Source: Spirochaetia bacterium (GTDB lineage Bacteria > Spirochaetota > Spirochaetia > UBA9216). Taken from it: DNA of 64,000 nt. The notes beneath the pieces are model-generated. The model ran no database searches. It saw nothing but the letters and a program-made list of their open reading frames with translations, and had not been told where the DNA came from. Position 1 is the stretch's first letter. Every line of letters begins with the position of its first letter. Both the position numbers and the translations under genes were made by a program. The stretch spans positions 2,976,001 to 3,040,000 of the forward strand of contig OY776510.1 of NCBI GenBank assembly GCA_963675665.1. Direction: 5' to 3'. This document shows positions 10,064 through 20,874 of the stretch, piece by piece.

Positions 10064-11719
10064 TTATTCATGTTCAAGTTTTAAAGTTAAAGTCGGAGCA
10101 TTGCAGACTTCGTCCGGACCGTAATACTGGATAGCTCCCGGAAACCTGAAGCTTGTCTTTATTGCCCATTCAGCCCTTTTGGCAGCGAAGGCCTTAAACG
10201 GGGCTCCGTCCAGTTCAACCAGCGCTTTCTTTATAACCGGTTTGTTCTTTCCATGCCTTACTTCAAGGTTCATCATCATGGTTACCGGGATTCCTCCGGC
10301 AATCCATTCGGAAGCCGGTTTAGAAAGATTTTTTACCGAAGACATATAACCTGTAAGGCCGTTGGCTATCAGCGTAAAAGCAGTATAACCGAGCACATAG
10401 CAGTAATCAGCGTCGAAGTTGGACGGGAAGGCGCAACGTCCCTCATATCCGAAGAAGTGGTGCTGATGGCTGAAACTGCCCTTGAATTTCCCTTCGCTTT
10501 TAAGCTCTTTCAGTTTATTCTCGACCATTTCAATAAGCAGTATTTCCGTTTCTATTCTGGATACCTGTACGTTTCCATGCGGGTCCCTGTCCATCAGAAG
10601 CTGACGCTGAATATTGTTGGGTAGAGATGAAAATACGTAGGATGAGTCTTTTGAAAGGTTCTTGTTTATCCACTCGGACTGTTCCTCGAAAGTATTGAGA
10701 GTATTATAGTATGCAGCTTTTTCAGCAAGCAGATCATTAAGTTCGCTGATGAGAGCGCCCATTTCAGGAATGAACTCGATCAGCCCTTCCGGAACAAGAA
10801 CTACGCCGAAGTTTTCGCCGTTCTCGGAACGTTTTACAACTACATCAGACAGGTCTTCAACAATTTCGTTGAGACTGGTTTTTTTGGTCTCGACTTCTTC
10901 CGAAATGATTGTATAGCTGGGCTGTGTCTGAAGGGCACATTCAAGTCCGATGTGAGATGCCGAACGTCCCATCAGCTTGATAAAGTGCCAGTATTTTTTG
11001 GCCGAGTTGGCATCGCGTTCTATATTTCCGATAAGTTCCGAATATGTTTTTGTTGCAGTATCGAAACCGAAAGAAGCTTCGATATGCTCGTTTTTAAGGT
11101 CCCCGTCGATTGTCTTTGGACATCCTATAACCTGAACCCCGGCGTCTTTGCCTGCAAAATATTCGGCAAGCATTGCAGCGTTTGTGTTTGAATCGTCTCC
11201 GCCGATAATTACTATCGCTGTAATATTATTCTTTTTGCATACTTCAAGGCTTGTATCAAACTGTTCACTGGTTTCAAGTTTGGTTCGGCCTGAGCCGATG
11301 ATATCGAAACCTCCGGTATTGCGGTAATCGTCAAGATAGCCGGCGGTGATTTCAATCTTTTTATCTTCAACAAGGCCGGACGGTCCGCCAAGAAAGCCGT
11401 AAAGTTTTGATTCGGGATTACCCGCCTTGATACCGTCAAAAAGTCCTGCAATAACATTATGTCCGCCGGGGGCCTGGCCGCCGGAAAGAACAACGCCGAC
11501 ATTAATTTTTTTGCCGGCACCGGCGTTTGCAGCTTCAACAAGTTTCGCAATCGGCATGCCGTAGGTTTTGGGGAAAATCTGTTTGAGTTCATTCCGGTCG
11601 GATACCGACTCAGTTGCTTTTCCTTTTTCAATACTGATACTTCCGACATCTTTTTTTAGAATTTCAGGAAGATGCGGTTTGTAGTTATAACGATCTTTTT
11701 GAAGAGGTGATAGATTCAT
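10064..11719 (-). CDS. pfp: Pyrophosphate-dependent phosphofructokinase
   Basis: [17 protein letters not shown] (GGDD indicates PPi type), [22 protein letters not shown]. Confidence 0.95.
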   Translation of the reverse strand: MNLSPLQKDRYNYKPHLPEILKKDVGSISIEKGKATESVSDRNELKQIFPKTYGMPIAKLVEAANAGAGKKINVGVVLSGGQAPGGHNVIAGLFDGIKAGNPESKLYGFLGGPSGLVEDKKIEITAGYLDDYRNTGGFDIIGSGRTKLETSEQFDTSLEVCKKNNITAIVIIGGDDSNTNAAMLAEYFAGKDAGVQVIGCPKTIDGDLKNEHIEASFGFDTATKTYSELIGNIERDANSAKKYWHFIKLMGRSASHIGLECALQTQPSYTIISEEVETKKTSLNEIVEDLSDVVVKRSENGENFGVVLVPEGLIEFIPEMGALISELNDLLAEKAAYYNTLNTFEEQSEWINKNLSKDSSYVFSSLPNNIQRQLLMDRDPHGNVQVSRIETEILLIEMVENKLKELKSEGKFKGSFSHQHHFFGYEGRCAFPSNFDADYCYVLGYTAFTLIANGLTGYMSSVKNLSKPASEWIAGGIPVTMMMNLEVRHGKNKPVIKKALVELDGAPFKAFAAKRAEWAIKTSFRFPGAIQYYGPDEVCNAPTLTLKLEHE

Positions 11720-11890
11720 ATTACTTATTCTCCTTTGAATTGGCTTAGGGTAACTCTAATAACCCTAAATTAGTGTTATTCCTTTCTAAACTCAATATAT
11801 AAAAAAAACAGGAATAGCACAAGATTGCATTAATAAGATAATTTTGTAAAAAAGGTGGAAATATGTGCCGTTTTATTGTAGCCTGAAAAT

Positions 11891-13099
11891 ATGGCTGTAT
11901 TTAAAATGAAAAACCGGATACAAAATTATGCCTGGGGTTCGACAACTGCGATTCCGGAACTTCTGGGTTTTGAAAATGATGAAAAAAAACCGATGGCGGA
12001 ATTATGGATGGGCGCCCATCCCAAAGCTCCGTCGATAGCAGTAGGTTCCGACGGAGATGAAACCGCGCTTAACCGGCTAATATCAGAATCTCCGGTTGAT
12101 TTTCTCGGCCCTGAGGCAGAGGAACGTTTTGAAGGACGGCTGCCTTATTTGTTCAAGGTGCTTGCCGCCGGAACTCCGCTTTCAATTCAGGCCCACCCAA
12201 ATCGTAAGCAGGCAAGGGCGGGCTTTAACCGTGAAAATGATGCCGGAATTGCTTTGGATGCATTTGAACGCAATTACAAGGATGATAATCATAAACCTGA
12301 AATAATCTGTGCTCTGAGTGAATATCATGCAATGCGGGGATTCAGGCCGGTTGAAGAGATTGCGTCCAATTTCAGGAAAATTGCTATTCCGGATATTGAA
12401 GATGCGGTAGCATTACTTGAAGCTGCTTCGGATATTAAAAATGCTCTGCAGACATTTTTCACAATGATGATGAAGCTGTCCGACGCATCGCGTTTAAAAC
12501 TTATAAGCAACGCTCTCGCGCTATGTAACGACAATGATGAAAAGCTTCCGGGAAGCCGCTGGATCCGGAGGCTGTCGGAGCTATATCCGGGAGACATTGG
12601 AATAGTCAGTCCTCTGTACCTGAATGTTGTAACGCTTCAGCCCGGTGAGGCAATGTATCTGCCGGCCGGTGTTCTGCACGCATATCTCGAAGGGTTTGGA
12701 ATGGAGCTGATGGCAAACTCGGATAATGTGCTCCGGGGCGGACTGACGCCGAAGCATGTTGATGTGTCCGAGCTGCTTGCAACGCTTGATTTTCGCCCCG
12801 GGAAGCCTGAAATACTTCGGCCCGAAAAGATCTCCGAATATGAATCGGCATACAAAACTGAAGCGCGGGAGTTTTATCTTTCACGGATTGAACTCCATGG
12901 AAACAGTTACAGTATTCCGAAGCAGGTTTACGGCCCCGGGTTTCCGTCAATCTTTATCTGTCTTGAAGGCTGTATTGATATTACCGACGGAAACAGCATT
13001 GTTTCCATGAAGCGGGGCGAAACCGTATTCGTATCATTCGGCAGCCGTCCGACTCTGAACGGCACCGGGATACTGTTCAGGGCTTCAGTTCCGGAATAG
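11891..13099 (+). CDS. manA: Mannose-6-phosphate isomerase, class I
   Basis: YAWGS, AELWMGAHP, LSIQAHP, YKDDNHKPE, HAYLEG, ANSDNVLRGGLTPKH. Confidence 0.95.
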   Translation: MAVFKMKNRIQNYAWGSTTAIPELLGFENDEKKPMAELWMGAHPKAPSIAVGSDGDETALNRLISESPVDFLGPEAEERFEGRLPYLFKVLAAGTPLSIQAHPNRKQARAGFNRENDAGIALDAFERNYKDDNHKPEIICALSEYHAMRGFRPVEEIASNFRKIAIPDIEDAVALLEAASDIKNALQTFFTMMMKLSDASRLKLISNALALCNDNDEKLPGSRWIRRLSELYPGDIGIVSPLYLNVVTLQPGEAMYLPAGVLHAYLEGFGMELMANSDNVLRGGLTPKHVDVSELLATLDFRPGKPEILRPEKISEYESAYKTEAREFYLSRIELHGNSYSIPKQVYGPGFPSIFICLEGCIDITDGNSIVSMKRGETVFVSFGSRPTLNGTGILFRASVPE

Positions 13100-13102
13100 C
13101 AG

Positions 13103-13561
13103 ATGAAGATATATATTGATGCGGATTCCTGCCCCCAGTCAGTCAGGGAAATAATCGCCAGAGCGGCGGTCAGACGCGGAGTGAATGCTGTCTATGTTGC
13201 CAACCATAACATCCCGATTCCTGAAGACAGGTTGTTAAGTATGGTGATTGTTGAGAAGGGAGAGGGGGTTGCCGACCGGTATATCATTGACCAGTCCGAA
13301 GCCTGCGATCTGGCAGTAACCCGGGATATTCCGCTTGCGGCTGAACTGGTTGAAAAGGGTCTTACTGTTATCAATGACCGCGGCGACCACTTTACAACCG
13401 AAAATATTCGCGAAAGGCTGTCCATACGTGATCTGATGAAAGGTTTTCGGGAATCCGGTATAATGCCTGATGGAGAACGCAGTTTTGGTCCCAAAGAGGT
13501 TCAGAAGTTTGCAGCGGTCTTTGATCGGGAATTGACAAAAATATTAAAAAAACAACATTGA
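13103..13561 (+). CDS. YaiI/YqxD family protein
   Basis: IYIDADSCP, AD..I, VTRDIPLAA. Confidence 0.9.
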   Translation: MKIYIDADSCPQSVREIIARAAVRRGVNAVYVANHNIPIPEDRLLSMVIVEKGEGVADRYIIDQSEACDLAVTRDIPLAAELVEKGLTVINDRGDHFTTENIRERLSIRDLMKGFRESGIMPDGERSFGPKEVQKFAAVFDRELTKILKKQH

Positions 13562-13568
13562 AGTCCGT

Positions 13569-14954
13569 TTAAAAATCGGCGCTGTGAACAGTTCTCGGAA
13601 ACGGTATAACGTCGCGTATATTCTGCATTCCGGTCATATACTGAATAAGACGTTCAAACCCAAGGCCGAAGCCAGAATGCGGGACCGAGCCGTAGCGGCG
13701 CAGGTCGAGATACCACCAGTAGTCTTCCGCTGTAAGCCCCATGTCTTCAATCCGTTTCGTCAGTTTTTCGAGACTGTCTTCGCGCTGGCTGCCGCCTATG
13801 ATTTCACCGAGTCTGGGGACAAGCACGTCCATGGCCCGCACGGTTTTTTCATCGTCGTTCATTTTCATATAGAACGCTTTTATGTCCTTCGGGTAATCAG
13901 TGACGATTACCGGGCCCCTGAAAACTGTTTCTGTCAGATACTTCTCGTGTTCAGACTGAAGATCCACACCCCAGGACGGTTTGAATTCAAAACCGGAGGT
14001 GTTCTTTTCAAGTTCCTTCATTGCATCTGTATAGCTGACCCGATGAAATTCCGAATTAACGACGGAAACAAGAGAATCTATTATTCCTTTTTCGATAAAT
14101 TTATTAAAAAGTTCCATATCTTCGGTGCAATTATCAAGCACATAGCCTATTACGTATTTAATAAAGGATTCGGCTACATCCATGTTTCCGTCAAGAGCGC
14201 AAAAAGCCATTTCCGGTTCAATCATCCAGAATTCGGCAAGATGGCGCGCAGTGTTGGAATTCTCAGCCCTGAAAGTAGGACCGAAAGTATAAACGTTTGA
14301 ATGGGAAAGAGCGTATATTTCAGCTTCAAGCTGGCCGCTTACCGTCAGCGAAGCTCTTTTGCCGAAAAAATCCCTGCTGTAGTCAACTGCCCCGTTTTCT
14401 CTGGGAATTTCATTAAGGTCGAGAGTTGTTACCTGGAACATCTCGCCGGCGCCCTCGCAGTCGCTTGCGGATATTATAGGGGTATGGATATAGTAAAACC
14501 CGTTTTCCTGGAAAAACTTGTGAACAGCATAACTTGCCGTGCTTCTTACCCTTGTAACAGCGCCGAGAGCATTGGTTCTGGGTCGGAGATGTGCAATTTC
14601 ACGCAGAAACTCAAAGCTGTGCCGCTTTTTCTGAAGCGGGTAACTGTCGGCAGGAGCTTCACCAAGCAGTCGAATTTCGTTAGCCTGAAGCTCAACCGAC
14701 TGGTTTTGCCCCGGCGATTCGGCAAGAATCCCGTCGACTTCAATGCCCGCCCCGGTTGAAAGTTTCTGCAGAAGATCTTCCGGATTATATTTTTCCTTGT
14801 CGATGATTACCTGAAGGTTTTTCAGGCATGACCCGTCTGAAAGTTCGAAAAAACAGACGTTCTTTGAATCACGCTTTGTTCTTATCCATCCGCAAACTGT
14901 TTTTGATTTGTTGTCGGGATTCATTAGCAGTATTTCTTTTATTGACGGTCTCAT
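13569..14954 (-). CDS. asnS: Asparagine--tRNA ligase
   Basis: [42 protein letters not shown]; ATG at 14954 after GGAG. Confidence 0.96.
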   Translation of the reverse strand: MRPSIKEILLMNPDNKSKTVCGWIRTKRDSKNVCFFELSDGSCLKNLQVIIDKEKYNPEDLLQKLSTGAGIEVDGILAESPGQNQSVELQANEIRLLGEAPADSYPLQKKRHSFEFLREIAHLRPRTNALGAVTRVRSTASYAVHKFFQENGFYYIHTPIISASDCEGAGEMFQVTTLDLNEIPRENGAVDYSRDFFGKRASLTVSGQLEAEIYALSHSNVYTFGPTFRAENSNTARHLAEFWMIEPEMAFCALDGNMDVAESFIKYVIGYVLDNCTEDMELFNKFIEKGIIDSLVSVVNSEFHRVSYTDAMKELEKNTSGFEFKPSWGVDLQSEHEKYLTETVFRGPVIVTDYPKDIKAFYMKMNDDEKTVRAMDVLVPRLGEIIGGSQREDSLEKLTKRIEDMGLTAEDYWWYLDLRRYGSVPHSGFGLGFERLIQYMTGMQNIRDVIPFPRTVHSADF

Positions 14955-15093
14955 GTTATACTCCAAAAAAATTACTGTCGTGGACGGCAGCCGCTGAATA
15001 AGAGAATAAGCACAAGGATGTATTTATTCTCTTATATGTAGTAACATAGTTAAGGCGCTAAGTCAAACTTAACATACTTGCGGGAGATTGATT

Positions 15094-15432
15094 TTGGGTA
15101 TACAGATAATCGGAACAAAAAAATGCAGAGAAACACAGAAAACCGAACGGTACTTCAGAGAAAGACAATACCAGTATCATTTTGTAGATCTCAGTCAAAG
15201 GGCGCTCAGCATCGGGGAGCTTAAATCAATAACAGCGGCAATAGGCGTTGATGAATTGATTGACACTGAATCAAAATTTTACAAAAAGAAGGGAATGGCT
15301 TATATGGAATTTGATCCTCTCGAAGAGCTTGAAGAGCACCCCGAGCTGATGAAAACTCCGGTTGTCAGAAACGGCAGCAAAGCCGTCCTTGGATTTCGCC
15401 CTGATCAATGGGAAGATCTGATGGGAGATTAA
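15094..15432 (+). CDS. ArsC/Spx-family protein
   Basis: GTKKCRETQK, LMKTPVVRNG; TTG start 7 nt after GGAG (ORF track start 15088). Confidence 0.8.
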   Translation: MGIQIIGTKKCRETQKTERYFRERQYQYHFVDLSQRALSIGELKSITAAIGVDELIDTESKFYKKKGMAYMEFDPLEELEEHPELMKTPVVRNGSKAVLGFRPDQWEDLMGD

Positions 15433-15436
15433 TGCA

Positions 15437-16702
15437 GTGATAGAAATTGAATCTGAAATCGGAAATCTGCAGAAGGTTATTATTCATTCTCCGGGCCGCG
15501 AAATTCAGGACATGACTCCTGAAATGGCCGAAAAGCTTCTGTACAATGATATTATTCCTCTGTCTGTTGTCAGCCGTGAACACGACAATTTTAAAAGAAT
15601 TCTTAAGCGCGTTTCCGAGGTTTATGAATATGTCGATCTTATGAATGAGGTTTTTTCGGATGATTCAACAAGAAATAATTTTATTGACAGACTTGTAAGA
15701 ATAGCAGATATTAAAGACCGGCAGAGCGAGCTTAAGGATATGACTCCTGCTGATTTAACCGGATGCCTGATTACCGGTTTGCCGCAGAAAAAGAACAGCC
15801 TTGAAAAATACCTTTCAAAAATTGTCTATGATATTAACCCGCTGCCGAATTTTTATTTTACGCGTGATGCCGCCATGGTTTTCGGCTCGAAGGTTACAAC
15901 CGGCTGTATGGCCAACTCCGTCAGACAGCCGGAAGCCGAGATAGCGGCGGCTGTTTTTTCTTCACACCCGGCTCTTGAAAACGACGGTTTTCTTCTGGCC
16001 GGTCATGAAGCTTCTGCCGAGAGAATCCCCGGTTTCCGTATAGAAGGCGGCGATTTTATAGTTTTATCCGGCAGCCATCTGGTTATTGGTTGTTCCGAGC
16101 GTACAAGCGCATCTGCAATTGATGCTGTAGCAAGACGCGCGGCAGCTTCGATGGGTGAGAATGTTTCATTTGACGGACGGATTGTAATCTTTGCGGTCAT
16201 TCTTCCGTACGAGAGGGCTACAATTCACCTGGATATGATCTTTACCCTGATCAACCGCGGAGAAGCTATGGTTTATGAACCGTATATCTGCGGCTGCAAC
16301 AGGCTGAAAGTTGTTAAATATGAGCTTATAGAAGGAAAAGAACCTGTTCTAACCGAAGTTCCGGATTTGCTGAAAGCATTAAGCAGCGAAGGGTTTGATC
16401 TCAGGCCGGTTTATTGCGGCAACGCTGATCCTGTTCAGCAACAGCGGGAACAATGGCTCAGCGGTAATAATTTTTTCGCTATTGCGCCCGGCAAGATCAT
16501 CGGTTATGCATGCAATAACTATACAATGGACGCTCTTTCCGGCGCCGGTTATGATATTAAAACGGATGCGGATTTTTTAACAGGCGGAGATTCAATTGAT
16601 CGGTATGAAAAACTTGTGATCGGAATAAGCGGGGTTGAACTTGCCCGGGGCGGCGGCGGTGCAAGGTGTATGACATTGCCTGTAAAGCGGATGAAGATAT
16701 AA
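15437..16702 (+). CDS. arcA: Arginine deiminase
   Basis: SEIG.L..V..H.PG, PLPNFYFTRD, IEGGD, HLD, ELARGGGGARCM. Confidence 0.85.
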   Translation: MIEIESEIGNLQKVIIHSPGREIQDMTPEMAEKLLYNDIIPLSVVSREHDNFKRILKRVSEVYEYVDLMNEVFSDDSTRNNFIDRLVRIADIKDRQSELKDMTPADLTGCLITGLPQKKNSLEKYLSKIVYDINPLPNFYFTRDAAMVFGSKVTTGCMANSVRQPEAEIAAAVFSSHPALENDGFLLAGHEASAERIPGFRIEGGDFIVLSGSHLVIGCSERTSASAIDAVARRAAASMGENVSFDGRIVIFAVILPYERATIHLDMIFTLINRGEAMVYEPYICGCNRLKVVKYELIEGKEPVLTEVPDLLKALSSEGFDLRPVYCGNADPVQQQREQWLSGNNFFAIAPGKIIGYACNNYTMDALSGAGYDIKTDADFLTGGDSIDRYEKLVIGISGVELARGGGGARCMTLPVKRMKI

Positions 16703-16717
16703 GGACATCAGGATTAC

Positions 16718-17494
16718 ATGAAAACAGAAGGGTTAAGATACGCCGTCCTTGGAAGCGGGTCATCGGCTAATTCATATATATTCGATTACAACGGGTTTGC
16801 AATAATTATAGATAACGGATTTTCCTGCAAGCAGGCTGTTGAAAGGGCTTCAGCGCTTGGATTCGATACCGGAAATGTTAAGTATATTTTTTTGACGCAC
16901 TCGCATGACGATCATTTCAGGGGAATTGAAGTCCTTTCAAGAAAGCTTCAGGCGCCGGTTGTCATTCATGAGGAGCTTAATGTAAACCGCAAGCTCAGAA
17001 CTCATTTTTACAAGAGAAAAAATATTAAACCCGGTCCTTTTTACAATGAGGGTGATTTGAGGTTCAAAGCATTCCGGACATCGCATGATTCCGATTTTTC
17101 AATATCGTATCATTTTGAACTGGGGCAGGTTGTTTTTACAATAATTTCAGATACCGGAACCGTAAGCCGCGAGATGGTAGAACTTGCCGCCAAATCCGAT
17201 GTGCTTTTTCTTGAAGCAAACTATAACGAGAAAATGCTGCTTGAGGGCCCGTATCCGTTTTACCTGAAGCAGAGGATTGCTTCAGCCAGGGGGCATTTGT
17301 CGAATGCTGATGCAATGAAGTTTCTGAACGAAGCAGGGCTGAGGGAGGATTCACGGCTCAAGGAAGTTTATTTCTGCCATCTCTCATCAACCAATAATAC
17401 TCCGGATGTTCTTGCCGAAGATGCGGCTTCAATGCTTGAATGGAAAGGGAGCTGGGTAATCTGTCCCAAGGGAGAACCTGTTGCTTGCAATTAA
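16718..17494 (+). CDS. MBL-fold hydrolase, YycJ/WalJ-like
   Basis: LGSGSSAN, THSHDDH, SHD, DTG, LEANY, GHLSN, HLS. Confidence 0.85.
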   Translation: MKTEGLRYAVLGSGSSANSYIFDYNGFAIIIDNGFSCKQAVERASALGFDTGNVKYIFLTHSHDDHFRGIEVLSRKLQAPVVIHEELNVNRKLRTHFYKRKNIKPGPFYNEGDLRFKAFRTSHDSDFSISYHFELGQVVFTIISDTGTVSREMVELAAKSDVLFLEANYNEKMLLEGPYPFYLKQRIASARGHLSNADAMKFLNEAGLREDSRLKEVYFCHLSSTNNTPDVLAEDAASMLEWKGSWVICPKGEPVACN

Positions 17495-17522
17495 GCGATA
17501 TAAAAGTTAATCTTTAATCAAT

Positions 17523-18563
17523 ATGAAGAATACAAACAACCTTAGAATCCTGACTGTGGAAAGAGCAATAACTCCACAGGAACTCAGAAACGAATTCCCG
17601 ATTTCAGACAACAGCAGTGAAACTGTTTACAACAGCAGAAGGATTATTAAAGATATAGTCGAAGGGCGTGATAAACGTTTTCTTGCTATAACCGGACCAT
17701 GCTCTATTCATGATGAAGTTGCAGCCCTGGAATATGCCGAGAGGCTTAATAAACTCAGAATAAAATATGAAGACCGCCTGTATATTGTAATGCGGGTATA
17801 TTTTGAGAAACCGCGAACAACTATCGGATGGCGGGGAATGATTATAGATCCCGATCTCGACGGCTCCTATAATATTAACAAGGGGCTGAAAAGAGCGAGG
17901 AGTCTTATGTCGAAAATAACCGAAATAGGAATGCCTACAGCAACCGAGGTGCTTGATCCTATTATTCCGCAATATATAGCTGATTTACTGAGCTGGGCAG
18001 CCGTAGGCGCCCGTACAACAGAGAGCCAGACCCATCGCAATATGGTCAGCGGATTGTCCATGCCGGTAGGATTCAAGAACGGAACCGACGGAAATGTTGA
18101 AAAGGCGATAAACGCCATTGAATCGGCAAGAAGTTCTCACAGTTTTCTTGGAATTGATGACGACGGCCGGACATGTATTTTAAGCACAGCCGGAAACGAA
18201 GCAACAAACCTTATCCTGCGCGGCGGTGATATCGGCCCCAATTACTATGAAGAAACAGTAGAAAATGCCGAAGAACTTTTTGAACGACAGGGAATGACAG
18301 CATCGATTGTAGTGGACTGCAGCCATGCAAATTCCGGTAAAAAACATCAGCGGCAATTCCGTGTGCTGCGTTCGGTTCTTGAACAGCGCCGGCGTCATCC
18401 TTCATTGATGGGCGTTATGATTGAAAGTAATCTGCTTTCGGGAAACCAGAAGATTCCGGCCGATATCAAAAACCTGGCATACGGTGTTTCTGTCACGGAT
18501 GAATGTGTAGGCTGGGATATTACCGAGCAGATGATGGATTATGCCTGGACTGAGTTGGGCTGA
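17523..18563 (+). CDS. 3-deoxy-7-phosphoheptulonate (DAHP) synthase, class I-alpha
   Basis: GPCSIHD, MRVYFEKPRTT, GARTTESQ.HR, DCSHANS, SVTDEC. Confidence 0.95.
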   Translation: MKNTNNLRILTVERAITPQELRNEFPISDNSSETVYNSRRIIKDIVEGRDKRFLAITGPCSIHDEVAALEYAERLNKLRIKYEDRLYIVMRVYFEKPRTTIGWRGMIIDPDLDGSYNINKGLKRARSLMSKITEIGMPTATEVLDPIIPQYIADLLSWAAVGARTTESQTHRNMVSGLSMPVGFKNGTDGNVEKAINAIESARSSHSFLGIDDDGRTCILSTAGNEATNLILRGGDIGPNYYEETVENAEELFERQGMTASIVVDCSHANSGKKHQRQFRVLRSVLEQRRRHPSLMGVMIESNLLSGNQKIPADIKNLAYGVSVTDECVGWDITEQMMDYAWTELG

Positions 18564-18594
18564 AGATTTATAAATATTTAGGGAGATCTAAAAA

Positions 18595-19164
18595 ATGAAA
18601 AAGCTTTTACTGTTTCTTGCCGAAGGATTTGAAGAAGTTGAAGCTGTAACCCCGATTGATTTTATGAGAAGAGCAGGAATCGGGGTTGTAACCGTTGGAA
18701 TCGGGGTAAATCCGGTTTCAGGGGCACACGGTATTAAAATTGAAGCGGATATCGGGTTGTCGGATATTACTGATGCCGCGGCGGCCGCTGAAACATACGA
18801 CGGTCTTGTCTTTCCGGGAGGAATGCCCGGTGCTGAAAATATAGCCGCAGAAAAAATTGTTTCAGAGATGATCGAAGCTTTCAATGAGCAGAGTAAAATT
18901 ATTGCCGCAATCTGTGCCTCTCCCGGGGTAATCCTTGCCGGAACAAGCGTACTTGACGGCAGAAAAGCTACATGTTATCCGGGCTTTGAATCAAGATTTT
19001 CCAATTCAACACAGCCCTCTGATGAAAGAGTAGTTATTGACGGCAATATCATTACAAGCCGGGGGCCCGGCACGGCCGCGGAGTTTTCAATCGAGCTGAT
19101 AAGGCAGTTCGCCGGTGACAAAACTGCTAATCAAATCAGAACAGGCACTTTACAGAATGTATAA
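18595..19164 (+). CDS. DJ-1/PfpI family (YajL/ThiJ-like)
   Basis: GFEEVE, PGGMPGA, AICASP, TSRGPGTA. Confidence 0.92.
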   Translation: MKKLLLFLAEGFEEVEAVTPIDFMRRAGIGVVTVGIGVNPVSGAHGIKIEADIGLSDITDAAAAAETYDGLVFPGGMPGAENIAAEKIVSEMIEAFNEQSKIIAAICASPGVILAGTSVLDGRKATCYPGFESRFSNSTQPSDERVVIDGNIITSRGPGTAAEFSIELIRQFAGDKTANQIRTGTLQNV

Positions 19165-19291
19165 AAGATTTCTTGCCGCAATTGCATTTATTATTTTTGC
19201 ATCAGCACTTGTCTTCTTTTCAGCACGTGAACTGCCGCAGCAGGAAGTAACTGAAAAACCGGTAAAGACTGTAATAAGGCTTGCCAGGTAA
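19157..19291 (+). CDS. Small 44-aa single-TM or secreted peptide (not in ORF track)
   Basis: MYKRFLAAIAFIIFASALVFFSARELPQQEVTEKPVKTVIRLAR*; start overlaps the DJ-1 stop; lies before the terminator. Confidence 0.5.
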   Translation: MYKRFLAAIAFIIFASALVFFSARELPQQEVTEKPVKTVIRLAR

Positions 19292-19330
19292 CCCGGAAAA
19301 TAATTTGCGGGTCATATACCGCCTGGAAAT

Positions 19331-19370
19331 AAAAAAAGCCCGGAAGAATCATGATTCATCCGGGCTTTTT
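19331..19370. terminator. Bidirectional terminator
   Basis: AAAAAAAGCCCGGA ... TCCGGGCTTTTT. Confidence 0.85.
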
Positions 19371-19395
19371 CAGGTAAACTCAAAGCTGAGATTTA

Positions 19396-20772
19396 TCAGC
19401 AACTGCAATTTCCGCAGCAGCAACCGCCTTTTTTTTGTCCGGGTTTACAAATTATTTTATCAAGGCCGTTCCATTTCTTCAAATCTTTCGGAAGGCCGGC
19501 TTCACGTTCCTTGTTTATATAATCAGTCTCTTCAAAATGATATTTGTATTTTGTATGAACGTTATAAGTCCCTTCAAGCAGAGCATATGTATCTTCAGTC
19601 ATAACAAGCTCTTCGTTTGTTGGAATAACATATATTTTGACTTTGGAATCATCAGCGCTGATGCATGTTTCAGCATTTCTGGTCATGGAAGCTATATTCT
19701 TTTCATCGTCAAGCTTTACGCCCATATACTCAAGACCTTCGCAAGCCAGTTTTCTTGTAATAGGGCCCCTTTCGCCGACTCCTGCTGTAAAAACAATTGC
19801 ATCGGCCCCCCCGATTGCTGCGGAGTACGCTCCGATATATTTTTTAATTCGGTAAGATTCAATTGCCTGGCAGAGTATTGCACGCTCATCTCCGCCTTCT
19901 GCGGCTATCTCTATATCGCGTCTGTCTACCCATTTCTCGGTAATGCCGAGTACACCGCTTTCCTTGTTTAGAGCTTTTTCAACTTCGGCGGCGCTCATGC
20001 CTGTTTTGTCCATTATAAAGAACGCTATTGCAGGATCAACATCGCCCGACCTGGTTCCCATAACAAGACCTTCAAGCGGGGTGAGCCCCATTGATGTATC
20101 GAAAGAACATCCGTTTTTTACTGCATTTATGCTTGCCCCGTTTCCGATGTGCGCTATAACAAGATTGGTTTCAAACGGATCTTTTCCGAGAAGCACAGCT
20201 GCACGCTTGGCTGTATATAAAAATGAAGTACCGTGAAAACCGTATCGTCTTACGCCGTAATCTTTGTACCAGCTGTAAGGCAGGGCGTAAATGTATGAAG
20301 ATTCGGGCATTGTCTGATGCCATGCCGTATCCATGATGGCGCAATGTTTAACGTCCGGCAGGATAGCCTCTGCCGCTTCAATTCCTATCAGGTTTGCAGG
20401 AATATGAAGCGGAGCAAGCTGTTCGAGTTCACGGAATGTTCTCATTGCCTCATCGTTGATGATGCATGATTTTGCAAACTTTTCCGCTCCGTGCACAACC
20501 CGGTGCCCGACAGCCTTGATTTCGTTGATATTGCTGATAGCGCCGTATTCGGGGCTGAGAATTGAGTCTATCAGAAGCTTCATTGCTTCTTTGTGAGTTG
20601 GGCAGGGGCTTTCAATTTTTACTTCATCATGGCCCTTTGCCTCATGTTTTATAAAGCTTCCTTCAATACCGATTCGTTCAACTATTCCGGTGGCAAGTGT
20701 TTCCATATTGTCCCAGTCGTAAAGCTGATATTTAAGGGACGAACTCCCGCAGTTAAGGGTTAGTATTACCAA
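19396..20772 (-). CDS. ackA: Acetate kinase with extended Cys-rich C-terminus
   Basis: NCGSSSLK, GHRVVHG, RRYGFHGTS, SMGLTPLEG..MGTRSGD, TNEE; AGGAGG RBS with TTG start. Confidence 0.93.
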   Translation of the reverse strand: MVILTLNCGSSSLKYQLYDWDNMETLATGIVERIGIEGSFIKHEAKGHDEVKIESPCPTHKEAMKLLIDSILSPEYGAISNINEIKAVGHRVVHGAEKFAKSCIINDEAMRTFRELEQLAPLHIPANLIGIEAAEAILPDVKHCAIMDTAWHQTMPESSYIYALPYSWYKDYGVRRYGFHGTSFLYTAKRAAVLLGKDPFETNLVIAHIGNGASINAVKNGCSFDTSMGLTPLEGLVMGTRSGDVDPAIAFFIMDKTGMSAAEVEKALNKESGVLGITEKWVDRRDIEIAAEGGDERAILCQAIESYRIKKYIGAYSAAIGGADAIVFTAGVGERGPITRKLACEGLEYMGVKLDDEKNIASMTRNAETCISADDSKVKIYVIPTNEELVMTEDTYALLEGTYNVHTKYKYHFEETDYINKEREAGLPKDLKKWNGLDKIICKPGQKKGGCCCGNCSC

Positions 20773-20874
20773 TTATTTCCTCCTGATTATTATGCAATGA
20801 CTAGTGTTTATTTTAATCATACATAAATATTCACAATTTTCAAGCAGGAGAAAAATATTGAATTAAATAAAAGT

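Noticed and set aside
19372-19401. Possible selenocysteine read-through at the ackA end (TGC TGA TAA followed by a small hairpin)
   Set aside because: UGA is followed immediately by UAA, and the hairpin loop is too close for a bacterial SECIS; a tandem stop is simpler
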